Assembly: GCA_965197585.1 (NCBI GenBank)
Contig: OZ240215.1
Coordinates: 352,001-416,000 of the forward strand
Length of the DNA: 64,000 bases
DNA from: Dehalococcoidia bacterium
Lineage (GTDB): Bacteria; Chloroflexota; Dehalococcoidia; Plut-88900
Reading direction: 5' to 3'
The notes under the pieces were generated by a model. It had not been told where the DNA came from. It saw only the letters and a list, made by a program, of their open reading frames with translations, and searched no databases. A program made the position numbers and the translations under genes. Each line of letters opens with the position of its first letter. Positions within the stretch are counted from its first letter, which is position 1. Positions 27,032 through 35,214 of the stretch are shown piece after piece.

Positions 27032-27280
27032 CTAACCAGCCCGGCGTAACTCCGGTGCGGCCTCGGGGAGCAGCGCCTCCAGGCCATCGGGAACTTCGGC
27101 TGCCAGCCCTATGAGCGCAAGCATGGCTCCGCCCGACGGCTCCGTCCCATTTCGCCAACGGCATACCCGCTTGTAGTCCACGCCGAGACGCCGGCACATG
27201 GCTTTCCATCCCAGGCCCGAGGCTTCCTTCAGGCGCACCAGCCTCTGCGTGAAGTCAACGGGTATGCGTTGATCGTTCAT
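27032..27280 (-). CDS. XRE-family HTH protein (paralog 2)
   Basis: VDFTQRLVRLKEASGLGWKAMCRRLGVDYKRVCRWRNGTEP; AAGGAG SD. Confidence 0.85.
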   Translation of the reverse strand: MNDQRIPVDFTQRLVRLKEASGLGWKAMCRRLGVDYKRVCRWRNGTEPSGGAMLALIGLAAEVPDGLEALLPEAAPELRRAG

Positions 27281-27311
27281 TCGTCTGATTCTCCTTTGAC
27301 TCTCCATAAAG

Positions 27312-27611
27312 CTAACTCCTCTTCCTAAGTAGGACGACAACGTCCTCGTCCAACAGCTCTCCAAGGCCTTCAGGCACGCGTATCGCCAGCCGCACCAGGG
27401 AGAGCATCGCTCCGCCGTTGGGGCCCCCGCCCCTGCGCCAGCGCAGCAGCTGTCGGTCATCGACGCCCATCGCCACCGCCATTCCCTGCCATGTGAGTCC
27501 GGTCATCTCCTTCAGCGCCTTCAGCCGGTCGTCGAAGTCCTCGGGTATCAGGGCCACACCCGGTGGGATGAACAGTTGAGAACGAGAGGTTGACCGTCTG
27601 TTAATCATCAC
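27312..27611 (-). CDS. XRE-family HTH protein (paralog 1)
   Basis: EDFDDRLKALKEMTGLTWQGMAVAMGVDDRQLLRWRRGGGP. Confidence 0.85.
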   Translation of the reverse strand: MMINRRSTSRSQLFIPPGVALIPEDFDDRLKALKEMTGLTWQGMAVAMGVDDRQLLRWRRGGGPNGGAMLSLVRLAIRVPEGLGELLDEDVVVLLRKRS

Positions 27612-27834
27612 GCCTCACCACGACGAACAGGTCGTCGAACTCAGGGCTGCCCAGGGCTTCCTGCAGCAGGCCCCGCATCCGCGGAGACGGATTTCTCCTC
27701 CCGTTTATTAGCCTGGAGAGGTAGGCCGACGTGATGCCCAGTCTGCGGGCCATGTCGTTCTGGCTCATGTTCAGCCGGTCCAGCCGGTCCCAAACGGTCC
27801 TGGCGTTGACCTTCACCACGGGGCGCTTATCCAT
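27601..27834 (-). CDS. Cro-like XRE regulator
   Basis: MSQNDMARRLGITSAYLSRLINGRRNPS. Confidence 0.88.
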   Translation of the reverse strand: MDKRPVVKVNARTVWDRLDRLNMSQNDMARRLGITSAYLSRLINGRRNPSPRMRGLLQEALGSPEFDDLFVVVRRDD

Positions 27835-28042
27835 CGCTGCGGTCTTCCTTCCCTTGCAGGGCCCGCCTCTCATCGGATGCGGGGTCCCCGCTATCCGTAG
27901 GATGGAACTCATGCCTGTTGTGGGCGATGGATGCCAGGTGGCGGCGCACGATCATGCGGGCTAGGATCCGCAGCCCTCGCAGCCGCTTCTCCTCCTGCTC
28001 CTTGGTAAGTCGGACCTTCGTATTCACCCTCTCACCTCTCAT
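27827..28042 (-). CDS. Small basic protein (first gene of the leftward regulatory operon)
   Basis: Up to 71 aa, basic helix RLRGLRILARMIVRRHL; overlaps the cro-like start. Confidence 0.5.
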   Translation of the reverse strand: MRGERVNTKVRLTKEQEEKRLRGLRILARMIVRRHLASIAHNRHEFHPTDSGDPASDERRALQGKEDRSDG

Positions 28043-28127
28043 GGCAGCCCGGCGTCAAAAGGGGTTGGCGCACCGGCGCCGTCTCGGTGTATGATGCACT
28101 TACTAGAACGCTCTAGCTATGGTGTAG

Positions 28128-28216
28128 TAGTGTAACAGTGCTGTATGCTCGCATACAAGACTATTGCGGCCAAATTGCAAGCAGTTCTTGACAAGTGCTG
28201 CCTCTAGTGTAACAAT
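28128..28216. promoter_or_regulatory. Divergent promoter/operator region of the immunity switch
   Basis: TTGACA at 28188 and TGT-AACAAT at 28208-28216; direct repeat TAGTGTAACA at 28128 and 28205; palindrome TGTATGC-tc-GCATACA at 28142. Confidence 0.6.
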
Positions 28217-28284
28217 TAGTGACCTGTACATATCCAACACACGATGCGTACAGCTAAGCACTCCAGGTGCCAAGGGAGACTTCG

Positions 28285-28692
28285 ATGAACCACGAGACCG
28301 ACCGCCGGGACGAGGACATAGGACAGATGCTCAAAAGGCTGCGGGGCGAGACCAGCCTGCGGGGCGTACAGCGCCTCACCGGCATCTCCAACGCCTATCT
28401 CTCCCAGATAGAGAAGGGAGACCGCCACCCGGGGCCCAAGCTCCTGCGGAGACTTGCCGTCCTCTACGGTGTGAACATCCAGGAGCTGCTCAGGAAGGCC
28501 GGCTACCTGGACAAGGACGAAAAGGAGGCCGAGGTCGACGAGGCCACGGAGGTGGAGAGGGCCTACCAGTACGTCCTCTCCGACCCCGTATTCCGCGTGG
28601 GCACCCGGCCCAGGGGTCCCCTGTCCATGGAGTCCAAGCGCTTCATAGTCGAGCTCTACGAGCGATACACGGGAAAGAGGCTTCTTCAATGA
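28285..28692 (+). CDS. ImmR/cI-like XRE repressor
   Basis: SLRGVQRLTGISNAYLSQIEKGDRHPG...ELLRKAGYL; divergent from the cro-like operon. Confidence 0.9.
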   Translation: MNHETDRRDEDIGQMLKRLRGETSLRGVQRLTGISNAYLSQIEKGDRHPGPKLLRRLAVLYGVNIQELLRKAGYLDKDEKEAEVDEATEVERAYQYVLSDPVFRVGTRPRGPLSMESKRFIVELYERYTGKRLLQ

Positions 28693-29648
28693 ACAGTGCC
28701 ATGCTTGACGATTTCTGCCACGGCCTGACGGGTGGCTGGACTGCCCAGGACAGGCTGCAGCCGCCAGAGGTCGCCCGGAGGTTCGTGGGCTTCTTCGGCT
28801 TCTCCCCCTTTCCCCGCATGGGAGAGATGGTCCGGGTGCTGGAGACAGCGGGTATCGAGACGGTGGCGGACCCCAACTTGGAGAAGGGCCTGAGGGGCAT
28901 GCACCTGGGCACGAGCCACGGGACTTACATCATCCGCTATGACCCCTCCGAGCCGGAGGGGACCCGGGAACACACTGTGTTCCACGAGACATACGAGATC
29001 ATTCGGGAGAGGCTCGCCGACCTACATCCACGCTTGGAGCGGCCCTGGGGCAAGGCGATGTGCCGGCTGGCCGACCGGTTCGCCGCCGCTGCATTGATTC
29101 AGCCCAGGTTCTTCGCCCTCTTCGCCGAGACCACCGGCCTGGACGTGATGGAACTGCAGCGCACCTACGGCCGAGCCTACTCCTCCCTGACCATCCGGCT
29201 GGCCGAGGTGATGCGTCACCAGCCCCTGCTGGCGGTCCTGTACGAGCGCAGCGGGGCGAGAGACCCGCAGCGGTGGGCCGAGCGCCCTTCCCCGGAGGAG
29301 TTCACGGCGACCGTGGTGGCAAGGACGCCGGGGTTCAGGTTGAGGACCGTCAAAAGGCCCTTGTCGGCCCTGCGGGGCCTGCTGCCCCGCAGGGGCTATC
29401 CACCAGCCCAATACTCGGTGGCGGAGCGGGTCATTCTCACGGGAAGGCCCGTATACGTGGAGCGGGTCACGGGCTACGACCTATGGAAAACCGACGACAT
29501 CACCGTGGCCGCAAGGCTGGTCCACTGGCACGGGCGCCTGGCCAAGATAGCTATCGTGGCCGTGCCCTTCCGAGACAGGAAGGTCCTCGCTCCCCAGTTC
29601 ACCCGCGTCTCCTTTGAGCACATTTCCAATGCCCACCAAGTGATGTAG
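28689..29648 (+). CDS. ImmA/IrrE-family metallopeptidase-like anti-repressor
   Basis: ATGA-coupled to the repressor; REHTVFHETYE and ADRFAAAALI; long C-terminal domain. Confidence 0.8.
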   Translation: MNSAMLDDFCHGLTGGWTAQDRLQPPEVARRFVGFFGFSPFPRMGEMVRVLETAGIETVADPNLEKGLRGMHLGTSHGTYIIRYDPSEPEGTREHTVFHETYEIIRERLADLHPRLERPWGKAMCRLADRFAAAALIQPRFFALFAETTGLDVMELQRTYGRAYSSLTIRLAEVMRHQPLLAVLYERSGARDPQRWAERPSPEEFTATVVARTPGFRLRTVKRPLSALRGLLPRRGYPPAQYSVAERVILTGRPVYVERVTGYDLWKTDDITVAARLVHWHGRLAKIAIVAVPFRDRKVLAPQFTRVSFEHISNAHQVM

Positions 29649-29771
29649 ATGGGAAGGGACTGGAGCTGGTGTTATCGGCATGGTGCCTACTCGGAAATAA
29701 CGTTGGCGGCTAGTTGTTCGATGATGTATAGTAAGACAACATAAGACTGTAAGGAGCAAAAAAGAGAGAGC

Positions 29772-29972
29772 ATGCCCACTTTGCCCAGGAACACCAAGAC
29801 CATCACCTTCTCCCTTCTCCCGGAGATGGCGGAGGAGGTCCAGCAGGTGATGAGGGAGGAGGGCCGCACCATGAGCGAACTCATCCGCCAGGCCCTCAGG
29901 AACTACATGGAGGAGCGGCAGTGGATCAGGGACATGCGCTACGAGAAGATGAAGGCGCAAGAAGAAGAATAG
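29772..29972 (+). CDS. Ribbon-helix-helix (CopG-like) protein
   Basis: TITFSLLPEMAEEVQQVMREEGRTMSELIRQALRNYM. Confidence 0.88.
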   Translation: MPTLPRNTKTITFSLLPEMAEEVQQVMREEGRTMSELIRQALRNYMEERQWIRDMRYEKMKAQEEE

Positions 29973-30000
29973 ACGAAGATGCAGAGTGGAGATTGAACCG

Positions 30001-31635
30001 ATGAAAGTACACGATGAACTGATACCGGCAGCCCTGTACGCCAGGGTCTCCAGCGAGCGGCAGGATGTAGACCTATCTGTGTCTGCTCAGTTGCGAGCCC
30101 TTCGAGACTACGCCCAAAAGAACGGATACCTAGTAGCCAGGGAGTACGTCGACGAGGCTGAGAGTGGGCGATTTGCAAACAGACCTCATTTCCGCCTGAT
30201 GCTGGATGAAGCTAGCAAGTCTGACGCCCCGTTTCGAGAAATCCTAGTATGGAAATTCTCCCGCTTCACCAGAAAACGGGAGCACGCAGTGGCTTTTAAG
30301 TCCATGCTCAGGAGACGGGGCATAAGGGTAGTTTCCATTACCGAGCACGCCGACGACACCCCCACCGGCAAGCTCATGGAGGCAATTATCGAGAGCGTAG
30401 ACGAGTTCTACTCTGAGAACTTGGCCCAGGAGGTCACCCGGGGCATGCGGGAGGCCGCCTCCCGAGGTTTTTGGGTGGCTCCAAACATACCCTACGGCTA
30501 CCGCAGAGCATATATACAAGACGGAGGGAAAAAGCGACCAAGGCTTGAGCCCGTCCCACCCGCCGATGGCGTCATACGGCGTATATTCGAAATGGCACTT
30601 AAGGGTAACAGCACCCTGGACATCACAAGGACCTTGAACGAGGAAGGGATCTCCAGTCCAAATGGCAAAAAGTGGCTAAAAACGGGCGTCCATAGAATAC
30701 TCACGAACGAGACTTATACTGGCACTCTGATATGGGGTGTCAACTCCAAGGACAAAGCGCCGCCAGTCCGCGTTGAGGGTGCGTTCCCTGCCATAGTCTC
30801 CGAGGCGGGGTTCCGAAGTGTAGGAGAGATTCTCCGAGCTAGATCGCCTTCGAAGGTTCATCCCAGGCGTGCGGCAAGTCGCTATCTGCTAAGCGGACTT
30901 ACCAAGTGTGACGACTGTAATCGCGCTCTCATCGGCCAAGAGGCCAAGAGTGGAGAATATGCCTATTACGTATGCCACTCTCTGATTAAGCAAGGCAAGG
31001 GAACCTGTAGCACTCCCAGACTTAACGCCAAGAGTTTCGAGAAGCTCATCGTTGGGCAAATTCGTGACCACATTCTCACCGAGAGCAACATCCGGGATTT
31101 AGTGAGGCTAGTAGATGAGGAAATGGACGGTGTTGCCCGGGAACAGCGTCAGAAGCTGCAGACAATCGAGCAGGAGATTGTCGAAGTGCGCCGTAGGCTG
31201 GACAGAATATGGCACGCGCTTGAAACCACTGATTTGGACATCTCTGATGCGTCGTCGCGCATCAAAGGGCACCGGGAGCGAGAGGAACAATTGGAAGTTG
31301 CTGCAAAAGAGGCGAGGGCTGCTTTGTTGGAGCGAAGGACTTTTCTGGACAGGGTGGATACGATCACCGAGTTCGCCAAGGACATGAGCGACTTCCTGAA
31401 AACCAGTAGCCTAACCGAGTGCAAGGCGTTCGTAAGGACCTTCGTCAAGGAGATTAAGGTGAATGCAAGACAAGCGACTGTCGCCTATACGATACCTACT
31501 CCAGACGATAGTCGTCCTGACGAAGAAATCGTGACAGCAATAGGGCTTGGTGATCCAGTTCTGTCTACAGTCCTCTATGGTAGCGCATACGGGATTCGAA
31601 CCCGTGGTCTCCGCCTTGAGAGGGCGGTGTCCTAG
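30001..31635 (+). CDS. Large serine recombinase (integrase)
   Basis: YARVSS catalytic Ser motif, SRFTR, PYGY, YTG, LLSGLTKCDDC...YYVC...C Zn ribbon, coiled coil. Confidence 0.95.
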   Translation: MKVHDELIPAALYARVSSERQDVDLSVSAQLRALRDYAQKNGYLVAREYVDEAESGRFANRPHFRLMLDEASKSDAPFREILVWKFSRFTRKREHAVAFKSMLRRRGIRVVSITEHADDTPTGKLMEAIIESVDEFYSENLAQEVTRGMREAASRGFWVAPNIPYGYRRAYIQDGGKKRPRLEPVPPADGVIRRIFEMALKGNSTLDITRTLNEEGISSPNGKKWLKTGVHRILTNETYTGTLIWGVNSKDKAPPVRVEGAFPAIVSEAGFRSVGEILRARSPSKVHPRRAASRYLLSGLTKCDDCNRALIGQEAKSGEYAYYVCHSLIKQGKGTCSTPRLNAKSFEKLIVGQIRDHILTESNIRDLVRLVDEEMDGVAREQRQKLQTIEQEIVEVRRRLDRIWHALETTDLDISDASSRIKGHREREEQLEVAAKEARAALLERRTFLDRVDTITEFAKDMSDFLKTSSLTECKAFVRTFVKEIKVNARQATVAYTIPTPDDSRPDEEIVTAIGLGDPVLSTVLYGSAYGIRTRGLRLERAVS

Positions 31636-31654
31636 GCCGCTAGACGAATGCGCC
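31578..31654 (-). tRNA. tRNA-Glu(CTC)
   Basis: GGCGCAT...CCGCC-CTCTCAA-GGCGG...GGTTCGAATCC...ATGCGCTACCA cloverleaf, 77 nt, encoded CCA. Confidence 0.97.
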
Positions 31655-31912
31655 CCGAGATTCGTGACAACCAATACTAAAACGACTCTCTAATTGTAGT
31701 CAACCGGCCCGCGCCTTGGCTCAGCTTTGGATAAGGCTTTACCCGCCCCTAAAAACCTAGCTTGTAACGCCTTCTGGAAATCTCCCGCCCCCGAGAAGGA
31801 ACCAAATCGCCGATCCTTCGTTATAGAAAATGTAAGGACGTTAAATGTCTCGGGCCTTCACAGCGTCCGAGAGAATGTGTACCGCAGACCGGTGAGGAAG
31901 GAGATTGAAACA

Positions 31913-32107
31913 ATGTTCTGGTTAAAGGGTTGCCCCTGGTGCGGAGGCGATCTGTTCTCCGGCACCGATCTGTTCGGCCACTACATCACCTGTTTCCAGT
32001 GCAGCCGAGACCTCAACGAGGCCGATGTCGCTGCCATGATCTCCCGCCGCACGGTGAAGGTCCAGAACAGACCCGTCAACACGGAGCGAATGAAGCCCGC
32101 CGCCTAA
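31913..32107 (+). CDS. Small Zn-ribbon protein
   Basis: CPWCGGDL...ITCFQC; AAGGAG SD. Confidence 0.75.
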   Translation: MFWLKGCPWCGGDLFSGTDLFGHYITCFQCSRDLNEADVAAMISRRTVKVQNRPVNTERMKPAA

Positions 32108-32113
32108 ACCTTT

Positions 32114-32150
32114 GGCAGCTGGGCCGCAAGGCCCGGCTGCCGGAGTTTTC
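32114..32150 (+). terminator. Stem-loop terminator
   Basis: GGCAGCTGGGCC-gcaa-GGCCCGGCTGCC then GGAGTTTTC. Confidence 0.6.
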
Positions 32151-32170
32151 TTCGGGAGTACCAAAAATCC

Positions 32171-32320
32171 CTAACCCGCAGACTGCACGATCCCTATGAC
32201 GTTCCCATCGGGATCGGAGAATTGGGCCAGGGTGACCATCCCGGGAATCTCCATAATTGGCATCGTTGTCTTACCGCCTAGGCTCTTAGCTTTGTCCAGC
32301 GTCGCCTGCAGGTCCTCCAC
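32171..32320 (-). pseudogene. VOC/glyoxalase-family C-terminal fragment
   Basis: VEDLQATLDKAKSLGGKTTMPIMEIPGMVTLAQFSDPDGNVIGI; upstream sequence is REP-like repeat rather than the N-terminal half. Confidence 0.75.
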
Positions 32321-32330
32321 CCCCCTCCAT

Positions 32331-33600
32331 CCGTCTTTCCTGCGGAGGCAGGAATCCATCCCTCCTGAAGGCGCACCCCCCGCCGAGCCGGGACTCCCCG
32401 CCCCATCCTCTCCCCCCATCCGTCATTCCGGCCGCCGAGAGCCGGAATACATCCCTGGGGAGGGGCCGCTCACCCTGAGCAAAGTCGAAGGGTCGAGCGG
32501 GGGGAGGCCCAGTTCTGCCAATAAATCGCGCTTACCCTGCACCTCCACCCCAGCCCCCTGTCATCCCGAGGCTCCGCGAGGAATCTAGGACTTGCCCTCT
32601 CACGCCCTTCCTAGCCTTCCTTCCCCTCCCCCCTTGATAACGACATATCAGCCATGTTGCCCTGCAACATGGCTGATATGTCAATAAAACAGGGCGGGTG
32701 GGCGGGACTCAATGTATCCCTGAGGGTGGTAAGGGGTGCCCCCTCCCAAATGTGACACGAACCCCTTGACCCGAGAGAAACATATGTACTATATTCATCC
32801 CCGACCGGCCAGTCACCATCCCAACCCCAAAGGAGGACCCAACACCCGGGGAACACCACCGGACCCCCGAGGACTCAACGTCCAAGCCCATCCCAAAGGG
32901 CAGCCCACGCGCTGCCCCACGGCTCAAGCGAAAGCCGCCATCTCCTCATCCATAGGTTCCGGCTCACCCTTCCCCACCACCCAGGCGATGGAAAGACGCC
33001 CTGGCCTTCACGCTCCCACCCCACTCCCTCCATTCCCCCTCCGTCATTCCCGAGAAGTCGGGAATCCAGGGGGCACAGGGAGATTGCATCAAGGGTGACC
33101 GGAGCATACACTCCGCGGACCGCCTAACCCCCATGGAGAACCGTCTCGAATGTCGGGCCGCATTGCTGGAACTTAGCGCTACGGCGCGGGGGTACCCGGA
33201 GGATATTCGCTCCTGTCCTTTTCCGGCGAACTTGGACACTATTAGTTAGGCTGTGGGGCTTCGCACAGCTGGATCCCTGGCCCCCACATGCCCCCCACGG
33301 GCATACAGCCCCCATAAGGAGCCTCTGCCGGACGTCTGGCCCGAGAATTGTCCGTGTATACCATCTAGCATCAGGGCATAATGGCTGCAAGTCCACGAAC
33401 AAGCAACTCTGCCAAACGGGCGTCTTCCATCGCCACCCCTCCCCACCAAAACCGAAACCCCCGAGACCCAACTGAATAACCCCTCCCCCCGACCCGGAAT
33501 CCATCCCCTCCCGTAGGGGCGACCGGCCGGTCGCCTGGGGTGGGGCGCTCCTCTCACCCCGGATTGACCTGCCACCGTAGGGGCGGTTCGAGAACCACCC
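32331..33600. repeat. Cluster of REP-like palindromes of several families
   Basis: CCGTC(A/T)TTCC...GGAAT hairpins at 32331, 32420 and 33041; CACCCTGAGC..GTCGAAGGG at 32471; CCGTAGGGGCG hairpins at 33511 and 33575. Confidence 0.75.
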
Positions 33601-33612
33601 TCCCCAGATCGG

Positions 33613-35190
33613 CTACGCGATCAACCCCTCGCGCCAGTCCTTGATAATCTCGTGCGCCGCATTATGCCCCGGCGCGCCAGACACGGAACCCCCCGGAAAC
33701 GCCCCCGACCCACACAGGTATAGGTTCTTCACCGGCGTCCGGTAGTCCGAGTAACCTGCAAACGGTCGAAGGGAAAACATCTGATCGGGGGTTATGTCGC
33801 CGTGGTGCATCGTGGCCTCGGTCAAATAGAACCGGTCCTCAATGTCCCTTGGCCCGAACACAACGTTATCAATCATGATGTCGTCCAGGTTTGTAATGTA
33901 CTCCCGCAGGTGGTTAAGGCACCGGTTTGAGAGTTCGCGCTTGGTGGACTTGTCGTCCCAGCTGCCCTCCGCCAGTTCGTAGGGCACGTGCTGGAAGTAG
34001 CAGGTCATGGCATGCTTCCCTGGTGGGGCCAGGGAGTCGTCCGTGATAGATTGGACGTGGAGGAACGTCCATATCTTGTCCGGCATTTCACCCCTGAGCG
34101 CCTGCACCCGAGACTCCTCAACGAATTCGATGGATGGCACCAGGCCGATGAATCCCTGGTCCCGTGTCCCTGGGTCCTCGCCGTTGAAACAGGCCCATTC
34201 CGGCCGGGCGTCCAATGCAATGAACACCTTGGCCAGGTTTCCCCTGAGCTTCAAGTTATTCACGTCCCGCTCGATACTGGGTTCCAGATGCCCGCCCGGA
34301 ACGAGTTTTAGGAAGGTCCGTTTGGGATCGGCGTTGGAGGCTACCGCACGCGCCCGGATTGTCTCGCCGGACGTTAAGACCACGCCTGTCGCACGTTCAT
34401 CCTCTACTAAGATCTCCTCGATTTCCGCACCCGTCCTGATCGTTGCACCCTTCGCCTCGGCAGATGCCGCCATGGCCTGGGTGATGGCCCCCATGCCGCC
34501 CCGGCTGAACCCCCAAACTCCCGCCACTCCTGTCGCTTCTGCCATGTTGGCCCACAGCGCCTTGAACATGTTGCCCTTACTGAAAAGTGATACATCGTTA
34601 CCCGAGGCCGCCAGCCCAGTGGCCATTACCCTGACCGCGTCCGACTCGTAGTGGTCCATCGCATAGTGCCCCGCCGACCCGAACATGATCGCCCGGTATG
34701 CTTCTTCCTCCTCTTGCGTCTTGAACTGGGCCGCAAACTCCGCAACGGATGGCGGTTTCCTTAGAAAATAAGGTCGGATGTATTCCTGGTATCGCTGCAT
34801 GAAACGCTGCTGCTCGAAAAAGGCGTCAGCGTCCGTTGAGGAAAACTTCCCAATCTCACTCCTGAACATGTCCGGGTCATTCCATGCGCACAGGTAGGAG
34901 TTGTCCGGGAACATGAATGTGTATGGAGGATCGACTCCGTAGGCATCATATCCGTAGTCCCGCAGCTTCAGGTCATCGACGACCTTGGACTGCACCATCC
35001 CGCAGAACATCGACGCCGTAGAAAACCGGAACCCGGGTATCAGTTCCTCCGTCACCGCCGCCCCCCCGACTACGTCCCGCCGTTCCAGTACCAGTACGTT
35101 GATGCCCGCGTCGGCAAGATAGGCGGCAGCCGTCAGCCCATTGTGCCCGCCCCCTACGATGATGATGTCGTATTCAGCCTTCTGCGTCAT
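33613..35190 (-). CDS. Phytoene dehydrogenase-like (PYROXD2-type) FAD oxidoreductase
   Basis: GGGHNGL, VLERRDVVGGA, YRTPVKNLYLCGSGAFPGGSVSGAPGHNAA. Confidence 0.92.
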   Translation of the reverse strand: MTQKAEYDIIIVGGGHNGLTAAAYLADAGINVLVLERRDVVGGAAVTEELIPGFRFSTASMFCGMVQSKVVDDLKLRDYGYDAYGVDPPYTFMFPDNSYLCAWNDPDMFRSEIGKFSSTDADAFFEQQRFMQRYQEYIRPYFLRKPPSVAEFAAQFKTQEEEEAYRAIMFGSAGHYAMDHYESDAVRVMATGLAASGNDVSLFSKGNMFKALWANMAEATGVAGVWGFSRGGMGAITQAMAASAEAKGATIRTGAEIEEILVEDERATGVVLTSGETIRARAVASNADPKRTFLKLVPGGHLEPSIERDVNNLKLRGNLAKVFIALDARPEWACFNGEDPGTRDQGFIGLVPSIEFVEESRVQALRGEMPDKIWTFLHVQSITDDSLAPPGKHAMTCYFQHVPYELAEGSWDDKSTKRELSNRCLNHLREYITNLDDIMIDNVVFGPRDIEDRFYLTEATMHHGDITPDQMFSLRPFAGYSDYRTPVKNLYLCGSGAFPGGSVSGAPGHNAAHEIIKDWREGLIA

Positions 35191-35214
35191 TGCTTGCTCC
35201 CTATCTCTGTTCGG

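Larger units (their letters stand above)
1..31635. mobile_element. Integrative conjugative element integrated at tRNA-Glu 3' end (left end outside window)
   Basis: Serine recombinase abutting and overlapping the tRNA-Glu 3' end; VirB4, VirD4, VirB6, pilin and relaxase genes; ImmR/ImmA-like pair; leading-region genes (ssb, radC, methylase, primase). Confidence 0.9.

Noticed and set aside
28164-28688. N-terminal 175 aa of the 494-aa ORF
   Set aside because: Overlaps the XRE repressor in another frame; the likely start is ATG 28689, coupled to the repressor stop
1-31577. Second att site (direct repeat of the tRNA-Glu 3' end)
   Set aside because: Not spotted by eye; the operon continues past position 1, so the left boundary is probably outside the window
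1-31635. Prophage interpretation (Rad52/Sak, cI/cro, primase, integrase)
   Set aside because: No terminase, portal, capsid or tail genes; conjugation genes are present instead
32196-33575. Short ORFs in the REP-rich spacer
   Set aside because: Pro/Gly-rich translations of repeats, with no coding signal
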